64,000 bases of DNA. Origin: Camelus dromedarius. Taxonomy: Eukaryota. Position numbers and translations under genes: made by a program. Position 1 is the first letter of the stretch. Every line of letters starts with the position of its first letter. The stretch spans positions 17,858,001-17,922,000 of the forward strand of contig NC_087437.1 of NCBI RefSeq assembly GCF_036321535.1. The letters are read 5' to 3'. The notes under the pieces were generated by a model. It saw only the letters and a program-made list of their open reading frames with translations. It searched no databases and had not been told where the DNA came from. Shown piece by piece: positions 1-13,801 of this stretch.

Positions 1-740
1 CCTACGGTAGAAACAGTCTGAAATCAGTTATTGCATTCTGTAACAGGACGAAAATTAGTTCAAACCTTTCTTTCCTTCTTGAATGGGGACAAAATAGTCA
101 GTCTTCTGGTTTCTCCTTCTGAACTACATTGTGTCCAAAAAACTAGAATGTAAATTGAAAAAATTTGCTCTTTAAAATATTTCCTAGGTCTTCAGCCCCA
201 GAATTGGGATTCTGTTTAAAGCCTGGGTTTTTGTTTGCTGATTGGTTATTTCTATTGAAGATAGAGAAACCAAACAAATGAGCTAACTCTAATTTGGGGC
301 TTAAAGAACAGTCTCCTCGGGCACTGCATTTGCCTTGACCCCAAAGTCAAGACTAAGACTAAACTAAAAATCGTTTTCCACTGCTTCCAGGTCCAGTGCT
401 AGGTGTGTCTTCTCTTTTGGCTCAGAAGCTGCTCCAGGTCCTCTTCCTACCACCTCCTTTGAATCTTCTCTGGGTTCAGCTACTCCAAGTCTCCACCTTC
501 TCAACTGGACTTCAGATTTTTCGATAAATTCTTTGGAATGGGTGACTACATCTTGCTTTGCTTTTATTTCTCATAGTGGAACAGCTTTATAGTTCTGATT
601 AAGTAATGTGTCCTCATTATGAAAAAAACAAGCAATATGCAAAAGTATGAGAAAATAGGTGAAAAAAATCACATGACATCCCAAAATATTGTTGGCCCCC
701 TTTTAATACATATATTTATGAATTTACATACAAACACACA

Positions 741-887
741 ATTTTTTTTCAATTTTATTTATTTTTAAATTTTTTGGCTTTTTTTGATTTACAATGTTGT
801 ATCAGTTTCTGGTGTATGGCATAGTGATTCAGTGATATATATATATACATATATATATACACACACACATACACACACATATTCTTT
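741..887 (-). mobile_element. Short L1 3'-end fragment with (TA)n/(CA)n run
   Basis: T-rich tail followed by tttacaatgttgtatcagtttctggtgta..catagtgattcag, the reverse complement of a cetartiodactyl-type L1 3' terminus. Confidence 0.75.
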
Positions 888-1279
888 AGAATACAAGCAT
901 ATAATTTTAATAAAATGGTTATCTTACATACTTTTTTTGTCATGACCACTGTTTATGTAGTCTTTTACTTTTGTATGACCTTTTCCCTCCCTACAAATGT
1001 TTTGTCTCTGGTATTCCCTCACATAACCAGTGGAAACATATGTATTTTCATATGCAATACATACGTATTTTCCAGAACTTTCTGCATGCAGACATAATCA
1101 TATTCAGACAAATGAACATAGTGGAGTTTCTTTGGTCATTTTTGAACAGAATTATTGCTTTTCTGTACTTCTCTATCCACCATTTACCTATTAATATGGT
1201 TTATGTTTACATAAATATATGTAAATATTTAAATATAAACAAAATCTATTTATACTATATTTTCTGGCCATAATTTTGA

Positions 1280-2830
1280 AAATTATTTATGTAATAAAAT
1301 ATGTTTATTTGTCTTCATAATTTCTGGGTTTGCTGTCTTGATTAAAATGGTATTTCCAACCCAAGGTTATACATGTAATCTCCTGTATTTTCTTTTAAGA
1401 TTTTTTTAACTTTATGTTTTACACTTGTCTTTTATCCATCTGTTATTTTCATATTGTGTAAAAAGATCTCCAACTTCACTTTATTGTCCCAAATGGATTG
1501 CCCATTGTGCCAGCACTATTCATTAAAGAGACCATTCCTTTTCTACTAGATTAAAATGTCACCATTTTCATATATGAAATTCTCGCACATATCAAGATCT
1601 ATTTCTAGACTCTTAATTGCCTTTCAATGATTTGTTTGCTTTTTTTTTAAACCAATATAGGACAATTCCCTGAACTTTATCAAATCTCATAACAATCCTG
1701 GCCATTCTCAGATATTTTTTTCTTCTTTAAAAATGTTAAGATGATTCCCATACCACTGCCCTCAAAAACAGAAACATATTGGTATTGTTTGAATTGGTAT
1801 TTTGGGGTGACATTCAGTCTTCTCATCCAAGAATATGCTATACTTTCCAATTGAACAGACTTTGTCTTTTATTAAGATTTGATTGTTCTATGAACATACA
1901 TCCTATACCTTTCATGTTAAATTTATTTCTAGGAACTAGATACTCTTTGTCACTGTGTGGATGAAATAGTTTCTCATTTCTTCCAGCTGATTTTAGCTGG
2001 TATGTAGAAAATCTATTAACTTTGTATATTTATCTTATATTAGGCTACCTTACCTGCTCTTATTAATAATAGTTCTTTTACTCACCTCTTCATTTTTTAT
2101 ATGTGCAATAACATCAATAAAAGTAAATTTTATTTTTGTAATATTTATTTCATTTTCTTTCATTTTCAAATTTCCTAGAACTTCCAAAACAATGTTGATT
2201 TTAATGGAAATGGGTTCAGTGTTATAATATTAGAGTGATATTAGTGTTCATAATTTTTGGTAAATTATTTTTATTATATTTAAGGAGTTTCTTTTTATTC
2301 CTAGATTTAACTCTAGTTTTTATTAGAAATAGCTGCTAAATTGTATCAACTGATTTTTGAAATTTATTAAAATCATCATATAATTTTTCTCCTGTAATTT
2401 ATTCGTTAATCAATTACATAAATAAATATCAAATATAATCCTAAAATAAAACTTATTTGGTCATAATATATTATTCTTTTCATATACTGCTCAGTTAATA
2501 GGCAATATTTTACATAATAGTTTTATATTTGTCTTGAGACTAATGAGGTTATCTTTAGTATGCTTCTGCCCCCTCTATCTCTTTATAAAGTTTTTGTGCT
2601 AAAGATATATTCATCTCCTAAAATGAATTGTAAGAGCTTTCCCTCTTTAAATGGTTTAGAACACTTTTTAATAATACTGAAATTATCTGATTGTTAAAAT
2701 TTACTAGGTAGAGCTCTGCTTTTAACCTATCCAGCAGATCACTTATCAACTTTTTAATCTCTTCTTTTGTAATAGGTTAAGTTTCCTACTTCTTCTTGGG
2801 TCAGAATTGGTAGTTAACATTTTGCTACGA
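1280..2830 (-). mobile_element. Old degraded L1 (L1ME-like) ORF2 remnant
   Basis: T-rich L1 antisense motifs such as ccagcactattcattaaagagaccattcc and ctggtatgtagaaaatctattaactttgtatatt. Confidence 0.7.
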
Positions 2831-2834
2831 ATCA

Positions 2835-5600
2835 TTTATTTTGAACTGAATGAAAAATGAAAATACAGCTTGTCAAAAGTTATGGAATGTAGCTAAAGTG
2901 CTCAGAGTGAAAAGTTATGCTATTAAAAGATTATTAGAAAAGAATAAAAGTCTCAAATTACTAAACTAAACTTCTGCCTTAAAAAACTAGAGAAAGAAGA
3001 GCAAATAAGAACTCACAGAAAACAGAAGGAAAGAAATAACAAAGACCAGAAATCAATGAATTTGGAAACAGAAAAAGAATAGAGAAAAATCAATAAAACC
3101 AAAAGCTGTTTTAAAAAATATCAATGAAACTGATGAGCTTTTAGCCAGTCTTTCAAATTTCAAAGAATCTACACGTACCCACACACAAAACTCTCTTAAA
3201 ACCATAATTGATTTTTTCAGGGTACAGATTAATAAATGAAACTCAGTTATATTTCCATACATGAACAGTGAATAAATGGAATTTAAAATTAAAAAGTTAC
3301 TTACAGTAGCACCAAAAACTAAAAATAATTAGTTGTGTATAAATGTAGCAAATTACATGCAGGAGCTATATATGTTGACAACTAAAAAATTTTCATGAAA
3401 GAAATCAAAGAAGATGTAAATAAATGGAGAGATAGAACATGTTTATGGATTGAAAGATTCGATACTGTAAAATATCAGTTTTCCCCTATTTGGTGTGTAG
3501 TTTCAATGTAATCCCAATCAAAACTTCAGTAAGATTTTATATAGATATTCAAAGGTGATTCTAAAGTGTATACATAAAAACACTGGACTAAAATAACCCA
3601 GATAATTTTGAAAAGGAGCAAGTTAGAAAACTCACACTATTTAACTTCAAGACTTACTGTAGAGCTATAGTAATCAAACCAGTGTGGTGTTGGCGAAAGG
3701 TCAGACACATAGACCAATGGAACTGAAGAAGGAACCCAAAATAAACCCATATAAATATAGTCAACTGATTTTTGACAAAGATACAAACACAATTTAATGG
3801 AGAAAGAATAACAGTCTCACCATATGGTGATAAATAATTGGATATCCATATGCAAAACAAAATCTTAACCTAAGTCTTATAAACTTCGTATAAAATTTAA
3901 CACCAAATGGATGTAGATCTAAATGTAAAAGATTAAACTTAACAGCTTCTAGGAGACATCATATATCTACATGATTTTCATTTAGCAAAGTCTTTCAACA
4001 CAACACAAATAGGATTCATAAAAGAAAAACTTACTATCAAAATTAAAACTTTTTGCTCTGCAAAAGACAATGCTAAGGAACTGAAAAGAGAAACCACACA
4101 GTGGGAGAAAATATTTTCAAATTCTGTATCTCACAGAGAACTGATATACAGAATTTATAAACAATTTTCAAAGTTCAACAGAAAGTAAACAAACAACCCA
4201 ATTAAAAACTGGGCAAAATATTTGAACAGACACTTTATCAAAGATGTATGGAGAGCAAATAAACACATAAAAAGATGTTCAATATCATTAGCCATCAGGG
4301 AAAAGCAAATTAAAGCCATATTGAGATACTACACATCTAACAGAACAGCTAGAAATAAAAACCAAGAGAAAAGAAAAACTAACAGTGCAATTTGCTGGCA
4401 AAGATTCAAAACAACTGAAATGCTCATACATTGCTGATAACATGTAAAATGGTACAGTTATTATAGAACAGTTTGGTTTTTCCTCATAATGTTAAACATA
4501 TACTTACATACACCAACAATCACACTCCTAAGCATTTACCCAATGAAATAAAAACTTATTTTCATACAAAACCTATATGCAAATGTTTACACTAGTTTTA
4601 TTCACAGCTGCCAAAACCTGAAAATAACCCAGATGTCCTTCAATAGGTGAATGGATAAACAAACTGGGTGCATTCATACAGTGGAATATTATTCAGCAAT
4701 AAAAAGACACAGACTATTGATTCATCTCACAACATGAATGAATCATAAATGTATTTTGTTTAGTGAAAGAAGTGAGACCCAAAAGACACAATGAATTATT
4801 TAATTATATAATGGTCTCGAAAAGGCAAAATTATAGACAACAAAATGATCAGTCATTACTAGGGATTGGGAATGACGAGAGTGGTTGACTAGAAAGGGGC
4901 AACACAAGGGAATTTTTGGATCAGTGGAATTGTTTTGTGTAGTACTGTAGTTGTAAATATATAGCTGTATATACTTGTCAAATCCCGTAGAACTGTACAC
5001 CACAAAAAGTGACTTCTACCATGTGCAAAGGTTTAAAAATTAACCAAAATGTCCAGGAAATCCAAGAAGAAATGCAGACAAATGAACCTAACCATGGTAC
5101 AAATAAGTGACTTAGCCACACCAAAGTGGGTAAGACAAAACAGGAGCTGATCTAAGTGAAGGGCACACCACTACTACGGTAGTCTTCTCCAAATCCATAA
5201 CTTCAACCTAATCACGAGAAAACACCAGACAAACCCAAACTGGGAGACACTCTACAAAACACCTGACCAGAAGTGTCAATATCAAAAAAGACAAGGAATG
5301 ACTGAGAAACTGTCACATACTGGAAGAGACTAAGAAAATCCAACTACTAAGTACCACATGGTATCACGAATTAGATGTTGGGACAACAACAAAAAGGGAC
5401 ATTAGTGGAAAAACTGGTGGAATCTAAATAAAGTCTGTAGTTTAGTTAATAGAATTGTGCCAATGTTAATTTCTTATTTTTTGATAACTGTGATATGGTC
5501 ATAGAGAGAAAATAGATGAGGGGTAGACAGGAACTCTCTACTATGTTTCTAACTCCTCTCTAAGTCTAAATTTTCTCAAAGTAAAATGTTAAAAATAAAA
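2835..5600 (+). mobile_element. L1 (L1MC-type) ORF2 3' part and long 3' UTR
   Basis: Typical ORF2 motifs (ttcaagacttactgtagagctatagtaatcaaaccagtgtggtgttgg; ORF 4222-4437 MNRHF..KRCSISLAIRE) and an L1MC-like 3' end near 5200-5590. Confidence 0.85.
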
Positions 5601-6269
5601 AATTATACCTATATCTTTATATCAGATATCTATCTGATCAACTCAGCTCAAAGTCTAAAGTTGTCCAGCTTCAGGGAGCCTTCAGCCATCTTTGCATGGA
5701 GATGGGAAAGTCTTTCCAGAAATCCTCACACAAGCTGGTGCTGCCCTTCTTTGATAAACAGAATCTGATATGCAGATTTCTAAGCATCAGATCTCTTTTC
5801 TGATTCTCAGCTCATGAATTCCTCACCACTAGTTCTCATGCTCTTATTAAGCCCAGAGAAGAAAAAGTCCTACTCATGTACACCACTTGGCCTAGGAGAA
5901 CCTAACTCTGGTTCAGATCCACTAGTCTCCAGTTATCTGATGGCCCTTATAATCTGATTCCCAAAGCAGAAAATTTATGGACAAGTTGGAGTTAGGAAGA
6001 GAGGCTAGCCAAAAATCTGCAAGCATCACCTTTAAGAACTACCTCAGTTCCATGCACAACCTACAAACGCACCAGGCCATTCCTTTATGTTCAGTTCGTT
6101 CCAATGGGACATCACATTCCCAGACCAGGAGGCCTTAACTTCCCAGAACCCATCTATTCTAGAGTGGGTTGGACAAAACATTACCTTTCTAGATCCTATT
6201 ATTTATTATTATTAATCACTAGCCTGCTAGTGATGGCAATAGGTTTAATCTGGCTTGTCAACTCCACAA

Positions 6270-6350
6270 TTCATTCGTCCTTCAAGAAATATTTATTGAG
6301 CACAAAGAAAGTTCCAGGTACTGCCCTAGCTTTTAAAGATACATCAGTGA
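6270..6350 (-). mobile_element. L2 3'-end fragment
   Basis: ttcattc..caagaaatatttattgagcac..ccaggtactg matches the reverse complement of the L2 3' terminus. Confidence 0.65.
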
Positions 6351-6929
6351 TCCCCAAGCCTTTAGTAACTCCTTTCAGTAGTCCTGTATTGAAGAGCCTT
6401 TGAGACCACGTCTGAGCTGAGAAAAGAGAGAATGGTGTGTTGCAGTTAATTAATGGCACCTGGCATGGACAGAAGATTTGAACACATACGGCAGCATACA
6501 GGTCAAGTATTTGTGATCCCTGCCCTAGAATAACCCTCATTTTACTTCTGGGTTAGATAGGATATCTTTCTATTCTACTTTGAGACTATCTTTTTGTGAC
6601 TTGCTGAAATTTTTCTGATTCTGGGACACATAACAAATATTGTATTAAATTTAGATCTACAAACCTTCTAGCCTCCTCCTTAGCTTGCTACATGTTGTCT
6701 CATCTTTTTAATCCAACAACTACAAAAACACTTCTCTAGAGGATTTTAGCCCCCTTTCCTTAAGCACAACTTGGCAGAAATTAAAAGGGACAGAATATTA
6801 TAGCTTTTGGACAATGTCAGTTGCTGTAAGTGTCATTTTAAAATTAAAAAGGAGTAATTTCCTGTTCTTAAGGGAGGAAAACCACTCCTTTCCTATTAAG
6901 TATTTTGAGTCCTTGTTGCTGTTGAACTG

Positions 6930-7860
6930 GAGAGTGAACATATCCTTAAATTTTGTACCCTAGGCATCTCATTTGTCTCATCTTAAGTCCAAGGCCTAAC
7001 TGTCATAACTTTGTAAGTAACTGTTCTTTTCTCTCTGACTGTATTAAAGATTCTCTCTTCTTCTTAGGTATTCCCTGTAATATGACTAAACATAGATTTA
7101 TTTTTATTTATTTTGAATATTATAATTCTTATCTCTCATCAATGCAGAAAAATTCTCATCTATTATCTCTTTAAATATTATTTCTTCTTCATTAGCTTGG
7201 TTCTGTTCTTCTGGGAGTCTGATTTGATGGGTGTTACTTCATCTCTTTGCCTCTCTATACTACATGCTGAATAATTTTTCAGATTCATATTCCAATTCAT
7301 CAATTCTTTATCCAGCCATGTCTAGTTGGCCTTTAAGCCATACATTATTTTTTAATCTCAAGTATTATATATTTGTTTCTGGAGGTTCTGTTTGGTTCTC
7401 TTTAAAACCTGTTCCTTCTCAGTCTTTTCTTTGATGATCATAGGTTAAATTTCCTCTGTGATCCCTTTAAATATTTATGTGTGCTTATTTTATATGTTGT
7501 GCCTGATAATTAGGAAATCTGGGCTTTGTGGTCTGAGTTTGCTATTTATAGACAGAGTGAGGAATCTCTCAACTTATGGTGCCTATTGACCTTAAGCCTT
7601 GTACCCGTTCTTGGATCAGCCCTTGAAAATGGAAGCTCGAATTTGTTTGGAAAAGGCAGCTATCCCAGGGGTGCCATCGGCTCTTTGTCCACTTATTTTT
7701 CTGGATTATTGCTTTAGTATTATTTTCAGCCTTAAGTATTGTCCTCCCTTTTGTCAGCTTAGCTGTGAATTAAACCTATGTGTAGTTAAATGTTTTAACC
7801 AGCACTTTCAAGTATTTTACATGAGAGGGGTTTTCACAATATTTTAGTTCACTATATAGC
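6930..7860 (-). mobile_element. Old L1ME/HAL1-like ORF1-region remnant
   Basis: Antisense ORF1-like text (ttctgggagtctgatt..tcagattcatattccaattcatcaattct..tctagttggcc). Confidence 0.55.
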
Positions 7861-8785
7861 CAGAAACAGGTGTCTTTATCATGTTTATTTCTACCTTCAT
7901 TTGTTGTTCAAATTTCACATGTGTATATAATTGACCTATTTATTCATTTTAATGCACAGCCAGGTCTGTCAGATTATAGCCCTTTAAAGGACACAGCTTC
8001 CTTTCTGCACATGCCCACACCCTTCTTTTCACTGCCCATCACTGAGATCTATTAACAAAAATGAATCTAAACAAAACACAGCAGTGTCTTCTATCAGAAA
8101 TGTAAATGCTTATAAAACATCATCTAATGGATGAAAATAAAGGGTGCATTTTTATAATTAAAATCCTTTTCTCTTCTCCAGCTCTGTGTCCTGCCTAACA
8201 GTGGTAAAGGGACAAATCACAACTCTGGTAAACCAGAATAGCCAAAGATGGAATATGAATACTTAAGCCATAATCATACCATTATAGCAGACAAAATGTA
8301 TCTATTCAGTAGATAGCTGCTAAACACCAGGGACACCATAGCAAATGAGGTCCACCCAAACCCCGAGATGACACGGAGCACATGCGGTGTGAAATGCTAA
8401 CACTTACACAAGCAGAATCAGTCCATGTCGGGCACTGTCCCACCACCATATTTAGCTCCTGAGGGGGTCTCCCTTTATTTTTTTTCTTCCTCTTCCCAAA
8501 TATGCAGCCTCCATAGTGAAAAATCTGGGAGGAAACTTAACTCTCCCTGTAGCTGAAAGATTAAATAAAATGTATACAATAGCCAACAAAACTCAGCAAG
8601 TCCCTCCGTTTTGCCCTTTTGAAGGGAAATAGCTTTCTCCCCAAGAAAGAGAAATTTTAAGTTATATTCATTAAAAATGGCTGGCTGATACAGTTTGTGT
8701 GTTTGAGCAAGTCTGCCTGTTTAATATAATGCACTGCCCAATTTAAAAGAAGTGGTCCCTTATTACAGATACGATTTATTCTTAG

Positions 8786-8802
8786 ATAAATCACTGATTT
8801 AT
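8786..8802. promoter_or_regulatory. Inverted pair of PBX-HOX-type TGATTTAT sites
   Basis: ATAAATCA-C-TGATTTAT is a perfect inverted repeat, with a third near-match (CGATTTAT) at 8772-8779, in non-repetitive DNA. Confidence 0.35.
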
Positions 8803-9639
8803 GGCTCACAGGGGTCTATATTTAATACTGTCAAAAAATGAAAGGACACCCCAAACTATCTGCAGTGCCACAGCTCCTCGTCCTGAAAAGGATCTGAGGC
8901 AGCTGAGACCCCTGGGTGTTAAATGTAATCTTTGCCTGGGATAAAAGCATGGAGAATTGCTGATCTTTATAAAAAGATCTGTCTCTACCCACTGCCTTCC
9001 TCCTCTCTCTTCTACCACAGTGCAGTTCATCGTCAGAAAGCTCAGAATTGAAAATTAAGGGGGAAAATTGGTTGTGTTTGTGTCATTTAAAAAAATCTGC
9101 AGCTAGACAGGACTCTGTTTTAATGTTTGCTAGAGGAAAGTTCATCACTAAAACAAATATAGCTTCTTGATGGTAATGGATAAATTTGACTAGAGAAATA
9201 ATGGAAAACCTATAGAAAAACAGGAAATATGTTTCCCCAATCTTACTGTTATCATCAATTGAATGAAATGTAGTACCAACTGCCAAAAATAACTACATAA
9301 AAAACTCATGTAGCACCAGTTCCCAATTCTTAGTGTAGGAACTTATGCCTTTATTTTCACTCTGAGATTTCACCCACTTTTATCAGTGTAGAATCAATGT
9401 GGATAACTTTTAGATCTACAACTTCTGCCCTGACCTCTCACCTTTTCAGAACACACTTGGATACTCCACTGTCACACCGGATTCAATGGGACCACAACGC
9501 AGCCTTAACCCCTTTTCTTCATTTTCTTTCAAGCTGAATTCCCTCTCAGCTTCACCATTGTACTCAAGGGCACCAGAACTCTTCTGGTCTCCCAGTGAAG
9601 ATCTGAAGACATCTTTCACTTCAGTCTTTTGGTTCGGCT

Positions 9640-10080
9640 GCTGATTTGTCACCAAATCACATCATTCCTCTCCTGAAATGCCCCTTGGATGTACCCCCTT
9701 ACTCTCTGCTCCCACTGCCAGCAGCCAAGCCCAGCTCACACCGCTGCAGGTCTGGCTTTAAAGGCTTCTTTGTGGAGCTCCCAGGCTCCATCCATTCCTG
9801 TCGCTCTGCACCTTTGAGGTCATCCTTCTGAGTTTAACTCCAAGATGCACACTAAAGAGCTTCTGCCTTCTTGCTCCAACATTACAGCTTGTTTTCTCCG
9901 ACATCACACCCATCCCCACCCCTACCTTTTTGCCTATTTTGCTTTCCATCCTGGGAATGTCAACCTTCCCATCCCTTAATCTCTGCCTGCCCAAATCCAG
10001 TTCATCTTTCAAATCCACATAGGTAAACTCAGTCAAAAATATTTCATTTATCATATATTTTAAAATGCAACAATTAATTA
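9640..10080 (+). mobile_element. L2 fragment
   Basis: atcacatcattcctctcctgaaa.. and ctgggaatgtcaaccttcccatcc..ctgcctgcccaaatccagttcatctttcaaatcc are L2-like. Confidence 0.55.
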
Positions 10081-12879
10081 ATTGACATGATGAACAAATC
10101 CAGTTACTCCCTTCCACCCACCCTGCTCCAGTCCCAACCAGTATATCTAAATATAGTTAAAAGCGTCATCCCTCCCTCAGATACTGGGCAGAGCAGTATC
10201 TTTATTTTAACTGAGCTCCATCTTCCTCTAAAGATGACCCAATTGTGTCTATGCAAACTTTCCCCCTTTTGTTATACTGATGCCAGATACTAACATAATG
10301 TCCTATTTTATAGTGTATCACGATTGCAGGTTTTCATAGCCCCTACCACACGAAGTGAGACAAATGCTGGCTTCCATCTTCTAGGCTCTGGCAGAACATG
10401 ACAGACACTCTTATCTGCAGAGTTAGGGACTCCATCACTTTGAGAGTCTTTTGGTCTCCCTATGTTCTCTCTGTTCATGGATTTGGAACATCATCATCTG
10501 GTTTCGTGGGGCCTGGACACTATACTTGCTTTAGGGTATGATGGAGGAGGCATTCTGGGTCACTCAGAGACAGAATAACTTGTTTTCTCCAAAGATATCC
10601 CTTAATCCTGTCCTAAATCCCTCAGATGGACAACTGTCATGAACAACCCCTACTATACAGATACAAAGTGAATTCTGCTTTGGAGAAGGCTCCTGGGTTC
10701 CTGAACCTATGCCAAGAGTCGGTGCTGTGTCATCTGAGAATTTTACTAGTATGCTCTGAAACTCTGCAGAAACCTACACAAGAACTCTAAACTCAAAATG
10801 GACTAATTTTTTTTTTAATGTCATCTACTGGAAATCATGGAGGATACAGTCTTGAAAACTGAATTGCTTCTCGTGCTTGCCATAGTGTTTTATACAAACT
10901 GGGAAAAAAATAAAGGGCTGCTATATTTATTTGAGTTCAGCAGCCGATAATTTCACTTCAAACAAAAACTTAAACTAATTCTAATAAACTCATTTGGAAT
11001 AACTGGCTGAATAAACACATTTAAGGTTATGATAATTTTACGAGCACACCAAAGTTTGATGCATATAAAACTTGTAATATATACCATTTATAAATTAGCA
11101 ATTTAATTTACCGTTCATAAATTAGCAATACCGTTTATAAATTAGAGTTTTAAAATGTATAGTAATTGTTGTTAATTATGTTACGTTCTTACTAGAAAAA
11201 AAAACTTCAATCTTTTGGCCTTTAGCTGTTGAAGTTCTGGAAGATGTTTCTCTCCAAGGCATCTTGGCTTGGGGGCTCTTTTTTACCATGTAGGACAATC
11301 ATGACTGGGAGACATGGGTTGATGGCTAGAGCAAACATCATGCATAAGCGTTATCAGTCAAAGTCAGAGTCAAGGTTGGAGCAGGCTGATTTTGTTCTGC
11401 CCCAACCCTTCCAACTTGACAACCCAAGCTCTTCACCACTCTCTTCCATAAGAAATGTAACTCTATAAGGATACCATGCTTTTAATCATTTCGATGAAAG
11501 ATCCCAGAACATGGCTGCACAATACATGGCATTTCCCGGAAAAAAACCCATTTACATACATCATTAATGGGGGACCCTGAGTTGGGGTAAGGCCCTATCC
11601 TCTCTTCTCTCTTTCTCATCCCCCATATACCACAGGGTCTGGCCTTGGTCATCCCTGTCTCCTTCCTCCTGGATTTCTCTAGTCCCACCTCATTTATTCT
11701 CACCCCCTTAGCACACAGAGCAATGCAACTCTGCTCCAGAACTTGCATCCTCTTGCAGAGAATTTCTCTGCCTCTGGACTTCCCATCCTCTACTGCTGAA
11801 GGCATTTAACTTACGAAGGGGCCTCCTGCTACCAGGAAACACGCCTGCCCACGAGGCAGGGGAATTACAAACAATTTTAAATAGTTTTTTTTTATCCTCA
11901 TCAACATTTCTTTCTCATATCTGTCATATGATACAAGTGGACAAAGGATCGGTTTAGATGGTTTCGGCTTCCCCCAGGGGACTACACCTGCGGAGGTGGT
12001 ATGTGGCTGCCTTTTCTGGCTGGGTCACCTGCTGGGCAGGGAGCAGCATACCGTGGGTGGGACAAAGCCTGCCTGAGGGGAAAGGAGGGAAGTGGAGGAC
12101 AGACTAAGAGAAAAAGGACTGCATTCAATCTTTTCAAATACTTAAAAGTGGCAGATAAAAGGAAAAGGCACTGCTTGCAGGACGGTTATGATAAGAAGTG
12201 CAGACAAGCCATGACATTAGAGGGGAGAAGCAAGGTGATGTGACTTGGAGAGCACAGGCTGTCCCAGGTGAGACCAGCAGGAGCCTGGGCCGGCTGCAGC
12301 CCCTAGAGAGGCAGGAAGGAGAGTCCTGCAGCCCCCACGCTGCGCCCGTGAGCCTGGTGTGGGGAGTTCGTGACCCAGGTAGCCCCAGGTAGCCTTTCTC
12401 AAACCACATTTCTCCCATTTGTCTCAGGAGCAGCATGTAGATGACAAGCCAAAGGTTAAAAAAAAAAAAATCCAGTAACTAAAACAGGTGGGGATTGCCC
12501 AGCCTCTAGCCACCTGTGCTGCTGAATTCATTGCTCTTACTTGGCTTTTGGAGACAGGCAACTCAGCTACACTCTTAGTACTTAATGTTCAGGAGGTGTA
12601 AGCCCCTATGCTGAGGCTGGACAAGAGACAGAGGTAAATAATTCCTTTGCAGGCATAAGTTCACATTTCACTTTCAGGAATTAGTTCACACTAGGTACAA
12701 TCATTTCCACTCATTCCTTATGGTTTCTGACCTTTGTTTTATCTTCATTTTTAACCATGACACTGATTACTCATGGGAATATTTTTCAGAATCAAATTCT
12801 ACCTCAAAAAAAAAATTTAAAGTAAGAAGAGCAATTAAAACTAAATAAATCCATAATAAACCTATATCAAGAAGACTGA

Positions 12880-13200
12880 GACATGCCCCTTGCCTCAGGA
12901 AACTGGCACTAGACTGAGGGACATAGGCATATGCAGGGCAGACTGGTAAGGCAAATAAGAATTCCACGGAGCATGAGGGCAAGCTTCATGGAGGAGGGAG
13001 CATTTCAGGAAGGAATGGAAGTTGATAAGAGGGAGCAGAGGAAGAGTGTGCCAAGCAGAGGGGACAACGTGTCTGAAGCTTCTAAGTTGGATAAGAGTTT
13101 GGCTGATTAAAGGAACTGAGAGCAGACAGGTATTTCTGGAGCCCAGACACCAGAGGGAGGTGACAGGCAGTGAAGTTGCCAAGGCAAAGACTGAGGGAAG
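12880..13200 (-). mobile_element. L2 fragment
   Basis: gcttcatggaggaggg..gaagagtgtgccaagcagagggacaac matches antisense L2. Confidence 0.6.
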
Positions 13201-13218
13201 CTACTGTGAGAACCACAG

Positions 13219-13801
13219 TGGGGCAGGCAGGAAGGGGGCAGGGCACAATCATTAAAGGAATGACACAGCAGTGAGCACCAAGATGGTGGAAGATTCAACT
13301 CCCAGTAGACCTTGAGCTTCATTATATGGTCATTATAATGTATTAGCATGTTGAATGGCACTCCCACAGGCACCAGCATGGTTCTGAGGCTGACCATAAA
13401 AGGTAAAAAAGTGGGCGGTGGCCCAATTCCTGGGAATCCCAGCCCCTTCCCCAAAAGTAGTTGGAATAATCCCCCCACTTATGAAGCTACTGAGTCCATA
13501 AAAACTAACAGCCCTGCACCTTGTGGTCGCTCTGTCTATGGAGTGTGTAACTACTTTAACTTAAAACTAAACACCCAACCCCACGCCTTGTGGCCTCTCT
13601 GGCCTTCTGAGATGTCCTGCACTTGGTCTATGGTCTATTGTCTATTATTCCTCTGAATAATCTAGTTTTACTCAACTATAGCTCACTCTTGAATTCTTTC
13701 TTGTGCAAAGCCAAGGACCCTCACCTGGCCAGGTGTGTCCCGAGGACTCACCTAAGACCTGGGATGTGGCCATCCTCTCCCACCCTATTTTTCCTGTAGC
13801 A
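13219..13801 (+). mobile_element. MER41-like ERV1 solo LTR (cetartiodactyl type)
   Basis: TG...CA termini; internal ccaagatggtggaagattc..gaccataaaagg..aaagtgggcggtggcccaattcc and ttgaattctttcttgtgcaaagccaaggaccc; flanks acag/gcag approximate a 4-bp TSD. Confidence 0.8.

Noticed and set aside
8330..8460. DDTEHMRCEM, a D-x5-C spacing like an Ig F strand
   Set aside because: A single weak motif without Tyr or supporting splice sites; likely chance.
9083..9230. Minus-strand acceptor-like site followed by short open frames
   Set aside because: No recognisable product or partner exon.
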